In this document: one piece after another, positions 53,165 through 63,287 of the stretch
Layout of the letters: every line of letters begins with the position of its first letter
How positions within the stretch are numbered: the first letter of the stretch is position 1
Translations under genes and position numbers: made by a program
The notes under the pieces: generated by a model
The model's input: only the letters and a program-made list of their open reading frames with translations
Told to the model about the DNA's origin: nothing
Database searches by the model: none
Assembly: GCA_963803435.1 (NCBI GenBank)
Contig: CAWDML010000006.1
Location: 192,001 to 256,000 of the forward strand
Direction: 5' to 3'
Length of the DNA: 64,000 bases
From: an uncultured delta proteobacterium
GTDB lineage: Bacteria; Myxococcota; Kuafuiibacteriia; Kuafuiibacteriales; Kuafuiibacteriaceae

Positions 53165-53959
53165 ATGCTCCTCGCCGGCGCACCCCAGGAGGAGCTGGCG
53201 CGCGCGCGCCGTATGATCGAGGTCGATCTGCGTTTCAGCGCCGCGATCGACCTGGTCGAGGGCGTGCTCCAGGATCCGGAGCTGTCGCGGCACGAACGCG
53301 TCGACGCCTATCGACTGCTGGGCATCGCGTACGCCGCGAAGGGCAAGCCCGACAGCGCCGAGGCTGCGTTCGTGGCCATGTTGGAGCTCGACGCCGACGC
53401 CGCGCTCGATCCTCAGCTGTCACCCAAGATCCGCTCCCTCTTCGAGCACGCGCAGGCACAGGTGGCCGCGCGCCCGCGCCTGACCGAGGTCTCCGCGCAC
53501 CCCGAAGGCGGGCGTCTCACCGTCTCGGCCCACGTCGAAGATCCGAAACAACGCGTGCAAGACGTCTTGCTCTTCTTCCGCTTCGGCCGGGAGGAATACG
53601 ACGCTGCGCCGATGACTCGAAGCGACGATCGCGCCGAAGCCGTCCTCACCCTCCCGCGCCTGGAGCGGGTCCGCGTCGAGTATTACCTCGAGGCGCGCGA
53701 CGCCGGCGGTGAGGTCCTGGCCCGGGCCGGATCCCTGGAAGCCCCCTCGGCGATCGCGCTGGAACGGCCGAACCCGGAGCTCACAGCACCACCGCCGCCA
53801 CCGCCGATCGAGGCGGCCCCGACACCCTGGTACGCGGAGTGGTGGGTATGGGCGATCGCCGCCGGCGTGATCGGTGCGGGCGTCGCCACCGCCGTGGTCA
53901 TCGATCGGAGAGGCAACGACGGCCCCACCGGAACGCTGGATCCGATCCACCTCGACTAG
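53165..53959 (+). CDS. TPR-like protein with C-terminal membrane anchor (myxobacterial PWY..WW type)
   Basis: AYRLLGIAYAAKG, LSPKI..F, PWYAEWWVW followed by a TM helix. Confidence 0.72.
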   Translation: MLLAGAPQEELARARRMIEVDLRFSAAIDLVEGVLQDPELSRHERVDAYRLLGIAYAAKGKPDSAEAAFVAMLELDADAALDPQLSPKIRSLFEHAQAQVAARPRLTEVSAHPEGGRLTVSAHVEDPKQRVQDVLLFFRFGREEYDAAPMTRSDDRAEAVLTLPRLERVRVEYYLEARDAGGEVLARAGSLEAPSAIALERPNPELTAPPPPPPIEAAPTPWYAEWWVWAIAAGVIGAGVATAVVIDRRGNDGPTGTLDPIHLD

Positions 53960-53987
53960 ACGTCACCGCCTCTGGTTCACTCGGGGC

Positions 53988-54766
53988 GTGCGACGCGCGC
54001 TCCTCTTGGCGGTGCTCGCCCTCTCGAGCTGCGACGATGGTCCGCCCGCGATCATCGTCGAGATCAGCTCCGACCTCGACATCCCGCGCGAGACCAACTC
54101 CCTGGTGGCTCGCGTGCAGGCGGACGGACGCACGATCGCGGAGGAGACGTACCCGCTCGGCGATCCCCCCGCGACGCCTGGCCGCAGACGCTCCCGATCA
54201 TCGCCGGCGCCACCTACGGTGAGCGGATCAGCATCGCTGCCGAGGCGCGCATCGCGCTGACCGGCCCCAGCGTGGTGGTGGGCTTCGGCGAGATCGACGT
54301 CTCGTTCCCGCGCACCGGGAGCGACACCGTTCGGCTCGACGTTCCCCGCAGCTGCATCGACAGCGATCACGACGGCTACGGTCTCGGCTTCGGCTGCAAG
54401 CGCCCCGACTGCGACGACACCGATCCCAACGTTCCCTCGCGCGGCCTCTGCCCGGGCTTCGGCGGGCCGGACGCGGGACCTCAGGATGCGGCCCCGGACG
54501 CGGGCCCGGTCGACGCGGGCCCGGTCGACGCCGGCCCCGACGCCGGGCTGCCCGGCGATCTCTGCGGCGGTGCGAACACCTGCGCGCCCGAGGAGGCGTG
54601 CCTGGCCCAGATGTGCTTCAAGCGCTGCGCGACGAACGAGGACTGCGGCGCCCTCACGCTCGGATGTCTCGACACGATCGGCGTCTGTATCTGCCGCGTC
54701 CCTTGCCCGAACGGTGACCAGGACTGCGGCCCCTACGAGTGCATCGATGGCTGCTGCAACCTCTGA
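53988..54766 (+). CDS. Cys-rich lipoprotein with DxDxDGY..DCDD motif and DAG linker; frame break near 54165
   Basis: LSSC lipobox; adding one C in GATCCCCCC joins it to ORF 54272-54766; DSDHDGY, DCDDTDP, PDAG repeats, Cys-rich tail. Confidence 0.7.
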
Positions 54767-56058
54767 CCCCTCCGAAACGACGCTCGTCCTCACGGACTCG
54801 GAGAGCGGCGAGCTGATCGCGCGCCGCTGGCGCATCGAGGTGGTGTCGGGCCCCGACGCCGGAATCGCGCTAGAGCGCAAGGGCGGGACCGTGGTCGTCG
54901 GCAGCCACTCCGAGGCTGACCTCACGCTGAGCGATCCGTCGGTCTCGCGGTATCACGCCGAGCTGCGCCTGCTCCCCGAGGGCGTGCTCGCGCTCGACCT
55001 GGGGAGCAAGAACGGGACGCGCATCGGGTCCGCGCGCGTCGATCGCGCGCTGGTCTTGGCGGGCGGGACACTCCGATTGGGACGCACCGAGATAAAGGTG
55101 ACGCCGAAGGACGATCCGCTCCCGCTGCTCGACGAGCCCGAAGCGTTCGGCGGTTTCCTCACCTGCTCGCGCGCCTGCCGGAAGGTCCTCTCGCAGCTTC
55201 GCCTGGTCTCGAAGACCGAGGCCACCGTCTTGATCCAGGGCGAAACCGGCACCGGCAAGGAGCTCCTGGCCCGCGCCATCCACGAGCAGTCCGGCCATGC
55301 GGGCGGTCCCTTCGTGGTGGTGGACTGCGGCGCCATCACCAAGTCGCTGCTCGAGTCGCACCTGTTCGGCCATGTAAAGGGCGCCTTCACCGGGGCCGTC
55401 GAGAGCCGCGCGGGCGCCTTCGAGTCCGCCAACGGCGGCACGCTCGTGCTCGACGAGCTCGGCGAGCTTCCACTCGATTCTGCAGCCCAAGTTGCTCCGC
55501 GTGCTCGAGGCTCGCACCGTGCGCCGGGTCGGCGACGTCGACGACAACCCGGTGGACGTTCGCTTCGTCGCGTCGACGAACCGCGATCTGGAGGCCATGG
55601 TCCGCGGCGGTGAGTTCCGCGAGGACCTGTTCTACCGGGTGGCCGTGGTGCGCGTGAAGGTTCCGCCGCTCCGCGACCGCCCCGAGGACGTGCCGCTCCT
55701 GGCGCGCCACGCCGCCGAGCGGCTCGGCGGTGAGGGCACGCACCTCACCGCGGCCGCCCACGCCCTCCTCGCCAGCTACGACTGGCCGGGCAACGCGCGC
55801 GAGCTCCGCAACGTGATCGAGCGAGCGGTCGCGCTGTCGCGATCGAAGACGATCGAGCCCAAGGACCTCTTCCCCGAAGACGATCTCGAGCCCCACACGT
55901 TCCACCAGGCGAAGGACCACGTGATCGCGGACTTCGAGCAGCGCTACGTGAAGGCGCTCCTCGGCCGCCACCAAGGCAACGTCAGCGGCGCGGCGAGGGA
56001 GGCCGGATTGTCGCGCAACGCCCTCTATGCGCTGATGAAGCGCACGGGCCTGGGATGA
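54747..56058 (+). CDS. FHA-domain sigma54-dependent transcriptional activator (EBP); frame break near 55478
   Basis: FHA: VSRYHA, DLGSKNGT. AAA+: GETGTGKE, GAFTGA, LDELGE, WPGNAREL. Fis-type HTH. Correcting GATTC to GATC restores PLDLQPKLLR. Confidence 0.9.
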
Positions 56059-56312
56059 AGCGGCCTCCTCCTGGCGCTCGCGATCGGCTGCGGCGATCCC
56101 GGCGCCCTCCCCGGCGTGCAGGTCCGGTGCCGGCGAGAGCGCGCGCCGTGGTGCAGCACGCCGAGGATGGGATCGAGGACGGCCACGAGGTCGTGTTCCA
56201 GACGGAGGCGCCCAAGCATCAGTACCGCTGCTTCCTCGAGTCCCTGGCCCGCGGCGAGACCCCGATCGTGGTACCGGACGCGGCGGAGGAGGCCGCCTGC
56301 CCCGCGGAGTGA
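56055..56312 (+). CDS. Small putative lipoprotein (reading frame uncertain)
   Basis: ATGA overlap with the EBP gene. An alternative frame reads LLLALAIGC near the start, and the C-terminus VVFQTEAPKHQYRCFLESL looks protein-like. Confidence 0.35.
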   Translation: MKRPPPGARDRLRRSRRPPRRAGPVPARARAVVQHAEDGIEDGHEVVFQTEAPKHQYRCFLESLARGETPIVVPDAAEEAACPAE

Positions 56313-56316
56313 GCCG

Positions 56317-56760
56317 ATGGAGATGGTCCTGTTGATGGGTGTCCAGGCCGCCGGCAAGTCGACCCTCTGCCGCCAGCTCTTCTACGACACGCACGTTCGC
56401 ATCAACCTCGACATGCTGCGCACCCGCTTCCGCGAGCAGCTCCTGGTGCGCGCCTGCTTCGAGGCCAAGCAGCCCTTCGTCGTCGACAACACGAACCCCA
56501 CCCGCGCCGATCGGCAGCGCTACCTCCCCGACGCCCGCGAGGCCGGCTTCAAGGCGATCGGCTACTACTTCAGCTCGGGGATCGAGGAGGCGCTCGAGCG
56601 CAACGCCGCCCGTCCCAAGATGATCCCGGAGGGCGGCGTGCGCCGGACGTTCGAGAAGCTGGAACCACCGTCGCTCGACGAAGGGTTCGACGCGCTCTAC
56701 CGCGCTCGGATCGATCCCGAACGGCCGCTGGGTTTCATCATCGAGGCGTGGACGGTGTGA
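56317..56760 (+). CDS. P-loop kinase (AAA_33-like ATP-binding protein)
   Basis: GVQAAGKST, RINLD, VVDNTN, ERNAAR, PSLDEGF. Confidence 0.85.
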   Translation: MEMVLLMGVQAAGKSTLCRQLFYDTHVRINLDMLRTRFREQLLVRACFEAKQPFVVDNTNPTRADRQRYLPDAREAGFKAIGYYFSSGIEEALERNAARPKMIPEGGVRRTFEKLEPPSLDEGFDALYRARIDPERPLGFIIEAWTV

Positions 56761-57487
56761 TCACGGCGATCGCTGCGCCCTCGGCGTCCTTCAGGATCGC
56801 GTAGCGGCCGATGTTCGGGATCTCCTGCGGCTCGCTCATCACCGAGCCGCCGAGCTTCTGCGCCCGCTTCACCACCTCGTCCACCCGATCGACCCGCACG
56901 TACGGCAGCCAGTTGGTGGGGATGTTCGACACCGGCGAGGTCATGACGCCACCCCGCGACGCGTTCTCGGCCTTGAGCACGTAGTACTTCATCTCGCCCA
57001 TGCTCATCGCCTCGGAGCTGAAGCCGAAGGCCTTCTCGTAGAACGCCGTGGCCTTGGCAGCGTCGCTCGTCCAGAGCTCGTTCCAGAACCAGTCGCCGTG
57101 CTTGGTATCGCGATCGGCGGCGTCCTCGCTCTGGGAGCGGAACACGAGCAAGCGCGCGCCCTGCGGATCGGAGATCAGCGCCATCCGGCCCACGCTCGGG
57201 ACGTCGAAGGCCGGCTTGATCGACCGGCCGCCGCCCTTCACCGCGTTGTCCACCGCCCGATCGACGTCCTCGACCGACAGGTAGCTGGCCCAGTGAGGAT
57301 GGTCGCTGGTGAGCGCGACCAGCCCGCCGATCGAGGTCTCGCCGTTGCTGATCATCTGATACTCGCCGCCGCCCATCGGGGCGCCGTTGACCTTCCAGCC
57401 GAAGAGCTCTCCGTAGAAGGTCTTCGCGCGCGCGATGTCTTTGGCGTTGAGCTCGAACCAGACGAATTTTCCAGGATGATGTGCCAT
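56738..57487 (-). CDS. VOC / glyoxalase-like protein (two domains)
   Basis: FVWFEL, FYGELFGW, WASYLSVEDVD, DPQGA; second domain WNELWT, WLPYVRV. Confidence 0.9.
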   Translation of the reverse strand: MAHHPGKFVWFELNAKDIARAKTFYGELFGWKVNGAPMGGGEYQMISNGETSIGGLVALTSDHPHWASYLSVEDVDRAVDNAVKGGGRSIKPAFDVPSVGRMALISDPQGARLLVFRSQSEDAADRDTKHGDWFWNELWTSDAAKATAFYEKAFGFSSEAMSMGEMKYYVLKAENASRGGVMTSPVSNIPTNWLPYVRVDRVDEVVKRAQKLGGSVMSEPQEIPNIGRYAILKDAEGAAIAVITPSTPR

Positions 57488-57555
57488 TGGGGTTGTGTCC
57501 TTTCACCCCCACGACGCACAGCCCGTCCCCGGATCGACAGGCCCTCGATCTTTTT

Positions 57556-59112
57556 TCAAACCCGCGGAATCCGGACCGTAAACCTCGCGCCCTCCGCCTC
57601 GATCTCCGCGGTCACCGTTCCGCCGTGCGCCTCCGCGATCGCCTTCACGATCGCGAGCCCCAGCCCGGTGCCGCCCTGGTTGCGCGCCGTGGTGTAGAAC
57701 CGCTCGAACACCCGATCGAGCGCGCCCGGGGCCAACGGCGGCCCGTGATCGCGCACGGAGATCGCGCGCGTCGGCCCCTCGTCGGCGACGGCCAGCTCCA
57801 CCGTCCGCCCGCCGCCGTGCCGGATCGCGTTGTCGACGAGGTTGGTCACCAGCGAGTCGAGCTGATCCGGAACCATCTCCGCGATCCGATCCTTCGCGCG
57901 ATACGCCAAGGTCAGATCATGTCCGAGCCGGCGGTAGCGCTCCACCGTCCCCTCGAGGTACGCGGCCAGATCGACCGGCTCGCGCGCCGGCCGCGCCGAC
58001 TCGATCCGCGCCAGGTCCAGGATCCGTCCCACCAGCCCATCCATGCGCACCGCGTCCTGGTGCACGTTCTCGAGGAACCGCCGCCGCTGCTCCGCGGACA
58101 TGGCCTGCCCGTCCTCCATCAACAGCTCGGCCGCGCCCCGCAGCGAGGTCAGCGGGGTCTTCAGCTCGTGCGCCGCGTTGGCGGCGAACTCCAGGATGTA
58201 GTTCGCGCGGGCCTGGAGCTGATCGCGCATCTCCCGGATCGAGCCAGCCAGCTCGCGGATCTCCCGCGGTGCCAGCGCCGCCTCCGGGATAGGCTCATCG
58301 GCTTGGCCGCCCGCGACGCGCTCCGCGGCCTTCTGGAGGCGCGCCAGCGGCAGCGAGATCGACAGCGTGAGCAGCACCGCCAGCATCAACGTCACGATCA
58401 CGACGGCCACCCCGGGAAAGAGCAGCTTGTCCTTCCACAGCCAGACCGCCTTCTCCACGTCGAGCGGGGTCCGGTTCGAATAGACCACGCCGATCACGCG
58501 CTGCCCGGTGCCCACCTTCGCCCTCGGCTCGGCGAACACCGGGATGGCGATCGAGACCCGCACGTCGGCCGCCCGGCTCAAGCTGGTCACCGGCGGCGCC
58601 GGCTCATCGGAGTAGCGGCGGCGCAGCACGGGCCGGTAGTCGCCGCGCAAGGCAGCTTGCACCTCCGGGAGATGACCGAGCCGATACCCGGTCACCGTGG
58701 AGGTCGAAGCCACCACGATCCCCTCGGGGTCCAGCACCCGCAGCCCGGTGAGGTTCCGCACCAGCTGCCGCTGGAGCATCGGCGTCAGCTCGAAGCCGGG
58801 AACCGTCGAGGTGCGCACCCGGGGCCCCCGCGTGCTGGGCTCGAGCAGCCGGGCGCGGCCGAAGCGAAGCCGGGGCGAGAACGGCTCGTAGCGCGCCTCG
58901 TCCTCGAGCGGGTCGTCGAGCAGCACCGCCGAGCGCGGATCCACGATCCGCCGGTACGCCTCTCCGACCGCCACCGCCTCCGCGACCAGCGTCTGCTCGG
59001 TGTGGGCGATCAGCGCGTCGTCGAGCAGGCGCATCACCGCCACGAAGAGAAACGGGAGCGCCAGCACCAGGAGAAAGATGGTCCCGACCAGCGTCCGGAC
59101 CTTCGGCATCAC
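57556..59112 (-). CDS. Sensor histidine kinase (HAMP, HisKA, HATPase; CreC/ChvG-like)
   Basis: AHELKTPL, NLVDNA, DHGP, GTGLGL; two TM segments. Confidence 0.92.
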   Translation of the reverse strand: MMPKVRTLVGTIFLLVLALPFLFVAVMRLLDDALIAHTEQTLVAEAVAVGEAYRRIVDPRSAVLLDDPLEDEARYEPFSPRLRFGRARLLEPSTRGPRVRTSTVPGFELTPMLQRQLVRNLTGLRVLDPEGIVVASTSTVTGYRLGHLPEVQAALRGDYRPVLRRRYSDEPAPPVTSLSRAADVRVSIAIPVFAEPRAKVGTGQRVIGVVYSNRTPLDVEKAVWLWKDKLLFPGVAVVIVTLMLAVLLTLSISLPLARLQKAAERVAGGQADEPIPEAALAPREIRELAGSIREMRDQLQARANYILEFAANAAHELKTPLTSLRGAAELLMEDGQAMSAEQRRRFLENVHQDAVRMDGLVGRILDLARIESARPAREPVDLAAYLEGTVERYRRLGHDLTLAYRAKDRIAEMVPDQLDSLVTNLVDNAIRHGGGRTVELAVADEGPTRAISVRDHGPPLAPGALDRVFERFYTTARNQGGTGLGLAIVKAIAEAHGGTVTAEIEAEGARFTVRIPRV

Positions 59113-59801
59113 TCGACCTTGCAGGTCCCGAGGCGGTACCCGAGCCCGAACACCGTCTCGATGGGCTGGGTCCCCGACCCGAACTTCTTGCGGATGCGCT
59201 TCACGTGCGTATCGATGGTCCGCTCGGTCACGTGGTTGTCGAACTTGTAGGCCCGATCGACCAGCTCGCCGCGCGTGTAGACCTTGCCCGGGTGATCGCT
59301 GAGCGCGTCGAGGAGACCGAACTCCGTCACCGTCAGCACGACCTGCGCGCCGCGCCAGAGCACCTCGAAGCGCTCGGGGTCGAGCTCGAGCGAGGCATGC
59401 CTCTTCTTGCTGCTGGAGACCGCCGCCGGCCGCCGGGTCAGCTCGACCCGCCGGAGCATGGCCTTCACCCGCGCCACCAGCTCGCGCTTGCTGAACGGCT
59501 TGGTGATGTAGTCGTCGCCCCCGACCTCGAGGCCGATGATCTTGTCGATCTCCTCGTCCTTCGCGGACAAGAAAAGGATCGGCACCACCGACTTCTCGCG
59601 GATGCGGCGGCAGACCTCGATGCCGTCGAGATCGGGCATCATGATGTCGAGGACCACCAGATCGGGCTCGTCGGCCAGCGCCGCATCCAGCACGCCGCGG
59701 CCGTCCTCGCGCACCGTCACCTGATGCCCCGCAGTCTCCAGCGCGAAGCGGACGACCTCACGGATGTGGGGATCGTCGTCGGCGATCATGATCCTCGCCA
59801 T
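59109..59801 (-). CDS. OmpR-family response regulator (CreB/ChvI-like)
   Basis: ADDD, LDIMMP, DDYITKPF, LTVTEF, ERTIDTHVKRIR, FGLGY. Confidence 0.95.
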   Translation of the reverse strand: MARIMIADDDPHIREVVRFALETAGHQVTVREDGRGVLDAALADEPDLVVLDIMMPDLDGIEVCRRIREKSVVPILFLSAKDEEIDKIIGLEVGGDDYITKPFSKRELVARVKAMLRRVELTRRPAAVSSSKKRHASLELDPERFEVLWRGAQVVLTVTEFGLLDALSDHPGKVYTRGELVDRAYKFDNHVTERTIDTHVKRIRKKFGSGTQPIETVFGLGYRLGTCKVE

Positions 59802-59928
59802 CTCGAGCCGATGATCTCAGCACGGTACCGCCATCGGAACACGGCGGGATGACGTGGTTCTGGCCCGCCGTTGCCCTCCAGGGGAGATTCGATGGCAAAG
59901 TTGTGGCCCCCTTCGGGAGGGTTGTACG

Positions 59929-62185
59929 ATGCGCCCCGCGTTGAACCGTTCCGCGCTGTTCTCCCTCCCGCAAGAAGGCGAGTTCTACGGCAAGTACCAG
60001 CTGCTGGAGAAGATCGCGACCGGCGGCATGGCCGAGGTCTTCAGCGCGCTCTCCACCTCGATCGGCGGCTTTCAGAAGCTGGTCGCGCTGAAGCGGATCC
60101 TCCCGCACCTCTCCACCGACGCCGAGTTCGTCTCGCTGTTCATCGACGAGGCCAAGCTGACGGTGACGCTGAACCACAGCAACATCGTCCAGGTCTTCGA
60201 CTTCGGCCGGATCGAGAACAACTACTTCATCGCGATGGAGTTCGTGGACGGCAAGGACATGACGCAGGTGCTCATCAAGCAGAGCAAGCGCCGTCTGACG
60301 GTGCCGCTCGAGGTCGCCTGCTACATCATGGCCCAGACCCTCAAGGGCCTCGAGTACGCCCACACGCGCCGCGGCAAGGACGCCACCTGGCTCGGCATCG
60401 TCCACCGCGACGTCTCCCCGCACAACATCCTGGTCTCCTACGACGGCGAGGTGAAGATCACCGACTTCGGCATCGCGAAGGCCCGCACCAAGGTCAGCCT
60501 GACCCGCCCGGGCGTGGTGCTCGGCAAGTTCGCGTACATGTCGCCGGAGCAGGCCCGCGGCAACGAGGTCGACGGCCGCAGCGACGTCTACTCCGCGGGA
60601 ATCACGCTCTATGAGACCCTGACCGGCCGCCGCCTCTTCTACTCCGAGGATCCGGCCCAGAATCCTCGCCAAGGTCCGCAATCCCAAGGTCCCCTTCCCC
60701 TCGCGCTACAACCCGCAGCTCACCCAGCAGCTCGACAAGCTGGTGATGAAGGCGCTCGCGATCGATCCCGACGAGCGCTTCCAGAGCTGCCGAGACTTCT
60801 CCACCGCGCTGGAGGAAGAGGTCCACAAGCTGGCGCCCGGCTTCAACGACGCCCACCTCGCCCGCTTCATGATGGACCTCTTCGAGGACGAGGTCGGCTC
60901 CGAGAAGTTCGCGATGGCCGCGCCACGCCCGATCGAGAAGGCGACCGAGAAGATCTTCCCGCTGACCCCGTCGATGGTGAAGCCCAAGACGGACCTCGGC
61001 ACCATGGACGACCCGGTGCTGATCGCGCTGCGGGAGAAGATGATCCAGGACCCGAACCTTTGGACGCTGGTGGAGATCGGCGAGCAGCTCCGCCGCATGG
61101 ATCGACACGAAGACGCCGAGCGGGTCTTCCGCGTCGCCGGGATGAAGTTCGCCCAGAACGGCCTGCTGGTGCAGTCGGTGGCCCTCTACATCCAGATCCG
61201 TCAGATCCGCGGGTGGAGCGCCCACCTGGCCCTCGAGGTGGAAGGCATCCGCTCGCTGCCCGGCTGTGAGAACCGCGCCGTCGGCCAGCGCCTCGGCGAC
61301 CTCGCCGACGACGAGCTCGGCGAGTTCCTCACCGGCGTGGTCGAGGTCGGCGGCCCGGCCAGCGGCGCCACCCGCATCATCTCCCCGCTCTTCTCGCTCC
61401 TCGACAGCGCCGAGTTCGCGAACCTGGTCAGCATGCTCGACATCAAGCGCGTGCCCGCGGGTACCGTGATCATCCGCGAAGGCGGGCCCGGCGAGACGCT
61501 CTCGATCATCGCGCGGGGCCGCGTGTTGATCTATTGCCGCAACTTCCACGGCAGCAAGGTCTACCTGTCGTCGCTCTCCGACGGAGACTGCTTCGGCGAG
61601 TTCTCCTTCTTCACGGGCGAGCCGCGGGCCGCCACCGCCGAGGCCCTCGAGGACACGCTCCTGTTCGAGATCCAGCAGTCGGAGTTCGACGTCATCCTCG
61701 ATCGCTTCCCGGGCCTCACCAGCGCGCTCCTGAAGTTCTACAAGGCGCGCGTGGTGGCCACGCTGCTCGCCAAGAGCGAGGTCTTCGGCGTTCTCAACCG
61801 CAAGGAGCGGGAATGGCTGATCGAGCGCTTGCAGCTCGAACACCACGCCGCCGGAGAGGTCGTCCTGCACGAGGGCGACAAGAGCGACGGCTTCTATCTG
61901 ATCAAGAGCGGCGAGGTGGAGGTCTACTCCGACCGCAAGGGCTACGTCTTTCTCAACAAGCTCAAGAGCGGCGAGTTCTTCGGGGAGATCGCCGCGCTCA
62001 CCGGACAGCCCCGGAGCGCCTCGGTCCGCGCGCTGGGTCCCTGCGAGCTCTTGCGGCTCAGCGGCAAGGACATGCAGGAGCTGATGACCCTCACGCCCGA
62101 GGTGAAGGCCATCCTCCACGACCACATCGCCCTCCGCGAAGCCGAGACCGCCCGCCGCCTCACCGCGGGTGGTCTGTTGATCTAG
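59929..62185 (+). CDS. Cytoplasmic Ser/Thr kinase fused to two cNMP-binding domains; frame break near 60661
   Basis: HRDVSPHN, DFG, GKFAYMSPE; cassettes FGEFSFFTGEPRAA and FGEIAALTGQPRSA. Correcting GAATC to GATC joins the ORFs (about 751 aa). GGAGG RBS. Confidence 0.88.
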
Positions 62186-62214
62186 GAGCGTGTAGCGCGT
62201 AGCGCTACCGCGAG

Positions 62215-62250
62215 CCCGGTCCCGGTCCCGGTCCCGGTCCCGGTCCCGAT
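62215..62250 (+). repeat. (CCCGGT)5 CCCGAT hexamer array in the left IR
   Basis: Read directly from the sequence. Confidence 0.95.
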
Positions 62251-62255
62251 GGCGA

Positions 62256-62624
62256 TCATGCAGCCCGGCGTGCGTTCATCGACTTGATGAGGCGCGTGAG
62301 CATCTCGACAACGCGCTTGAGCTTGGCTCTGGCGGCTTGGACCTTCTGCTCGTTGGCGAGTCGGCGCCTCAAGCAGGTGTGGAGTGAGGCGGCGCTTTCG
62401 GTGCCAGAGCGAAGTGCCATCCGGTAGAAGCGAGCCTTCTCAGGTGGATTGAACTCTCCGGCGCCCTCGGCGGTGTCGTTCACGATGGAATCGGATGCCC
62501 GGCGAAGCTGATCGCGGACGTGAGCGTGACCGGGTTGCAGTTCTTGTGCGATCTCTTCAGCGATGTCGGCCTACTCGACGGCGAGCTGGTAGACCTCGAG
62601 CTTCTCGTGATCGAAAGTGACTAT
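62256..62624 (-). pseudogene. Four-helix-bundle protein (23S rRNA IVS-protein / TIGR02436-like), disrupted
   Basis: Translation (ATA)VTFDHEKLEVYQLAVE*ADI...RDQLRRASDSIVNDTAEGAGE...KARFYRMALRSGTE; in-frame TAG at 62571-62573 and no ATG start. Confidence 0.8.
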
Positions 62625-62849
62625 GCAAGCCAGCTTGCGGTAGCTCGTCCACTTTGACCAGCAGAAGGTCTTGGAGGTCGTTTCGTCTGGAATCGATCGT
62701 TGGGCGGATCGACTTCGACGCCTGGACTTGATCCCATGGTTTCGTGGCGAAGCAATACCGTTCTTGGACTCCGAGACAATCGTTCTTGCTCCCGCCGTCC
62801 CCTCTCGAGTGGCTCCCAGAAAATCATCTGGCTGGAGAAAGTCATCCCC

Positions 62850-63231
62850 ACTTCACGACGATCAACGCTATCTGAGCGCGACCAACATCGAATTCTGCGA
62901 CAACAATCAGATCGATGCCCACATCGCTGTTGGACGCGAACAGAACCAAGACGCGTCGACTCCGTCCTCATCAGCTTCGGAGCCCACACCTGCCTCGCTC
63001 GCTCGCAAGCGAATGCGAGACAAGTTGCAAACGCGCGACGGCAAGGCGGTCTACCCCCGCAGGAAGAGTATCGTCGAACCGGCGCTCGGACAGATCAAAG
63101 CGGCACGAGGATTCCGCCGGTTCTCGCTCCGCTCCTTCTTCAAGGTACGAGCCGAGGGGACGCTCGTCTGCCTCACCCACAACCTGCTCAAGCTCTACCG
63201 ATCGAAGCTCGCGACCGTCGCGAGCGTCTGA
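62850..63231 (+). pseudogene. IS1182-family transposase C-terminal remnant
   Basis: RMRDKLQT.DGKAVY.RRKSIVEP..GQIK..RGFRRFSLR...V..E..L.CLTHNLLKL; degenerate D..Y.S motif; N-terminus missing. Confidence 0.8.
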
Positions 63232-63251
63232 CTCAAGGCAGCCATCTTCAG

Positions 63252-63287
63252 ATCGGGACCCGGACCGGGACCGGGACCCGGACCGGG
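63252..63287 (-). repeat. Six-hexamer array in the right IR (inverse of the left array)
   Basis: ATCGGG ACCCGG ACCGGG ACCGGG ACCCGG ACCGGG on the plus strand. Confidence 0.93.

Noticed and set aside
59861-59876. TGGCCCGCCGTTGC as a sigma54 promoter
   Set aside because: The GG-to-GC spacing is 9 nt rather than the required 10.
62256-62624. Four-helix protein as part of a diversity-generating retroelement, or TAG as a recoded codon
   Set aside because: No reverse transcriptase or template/variable repeat pair is in the window. The lost start codon and the neighbouring decayed transposase favour simple pseudogenisation.
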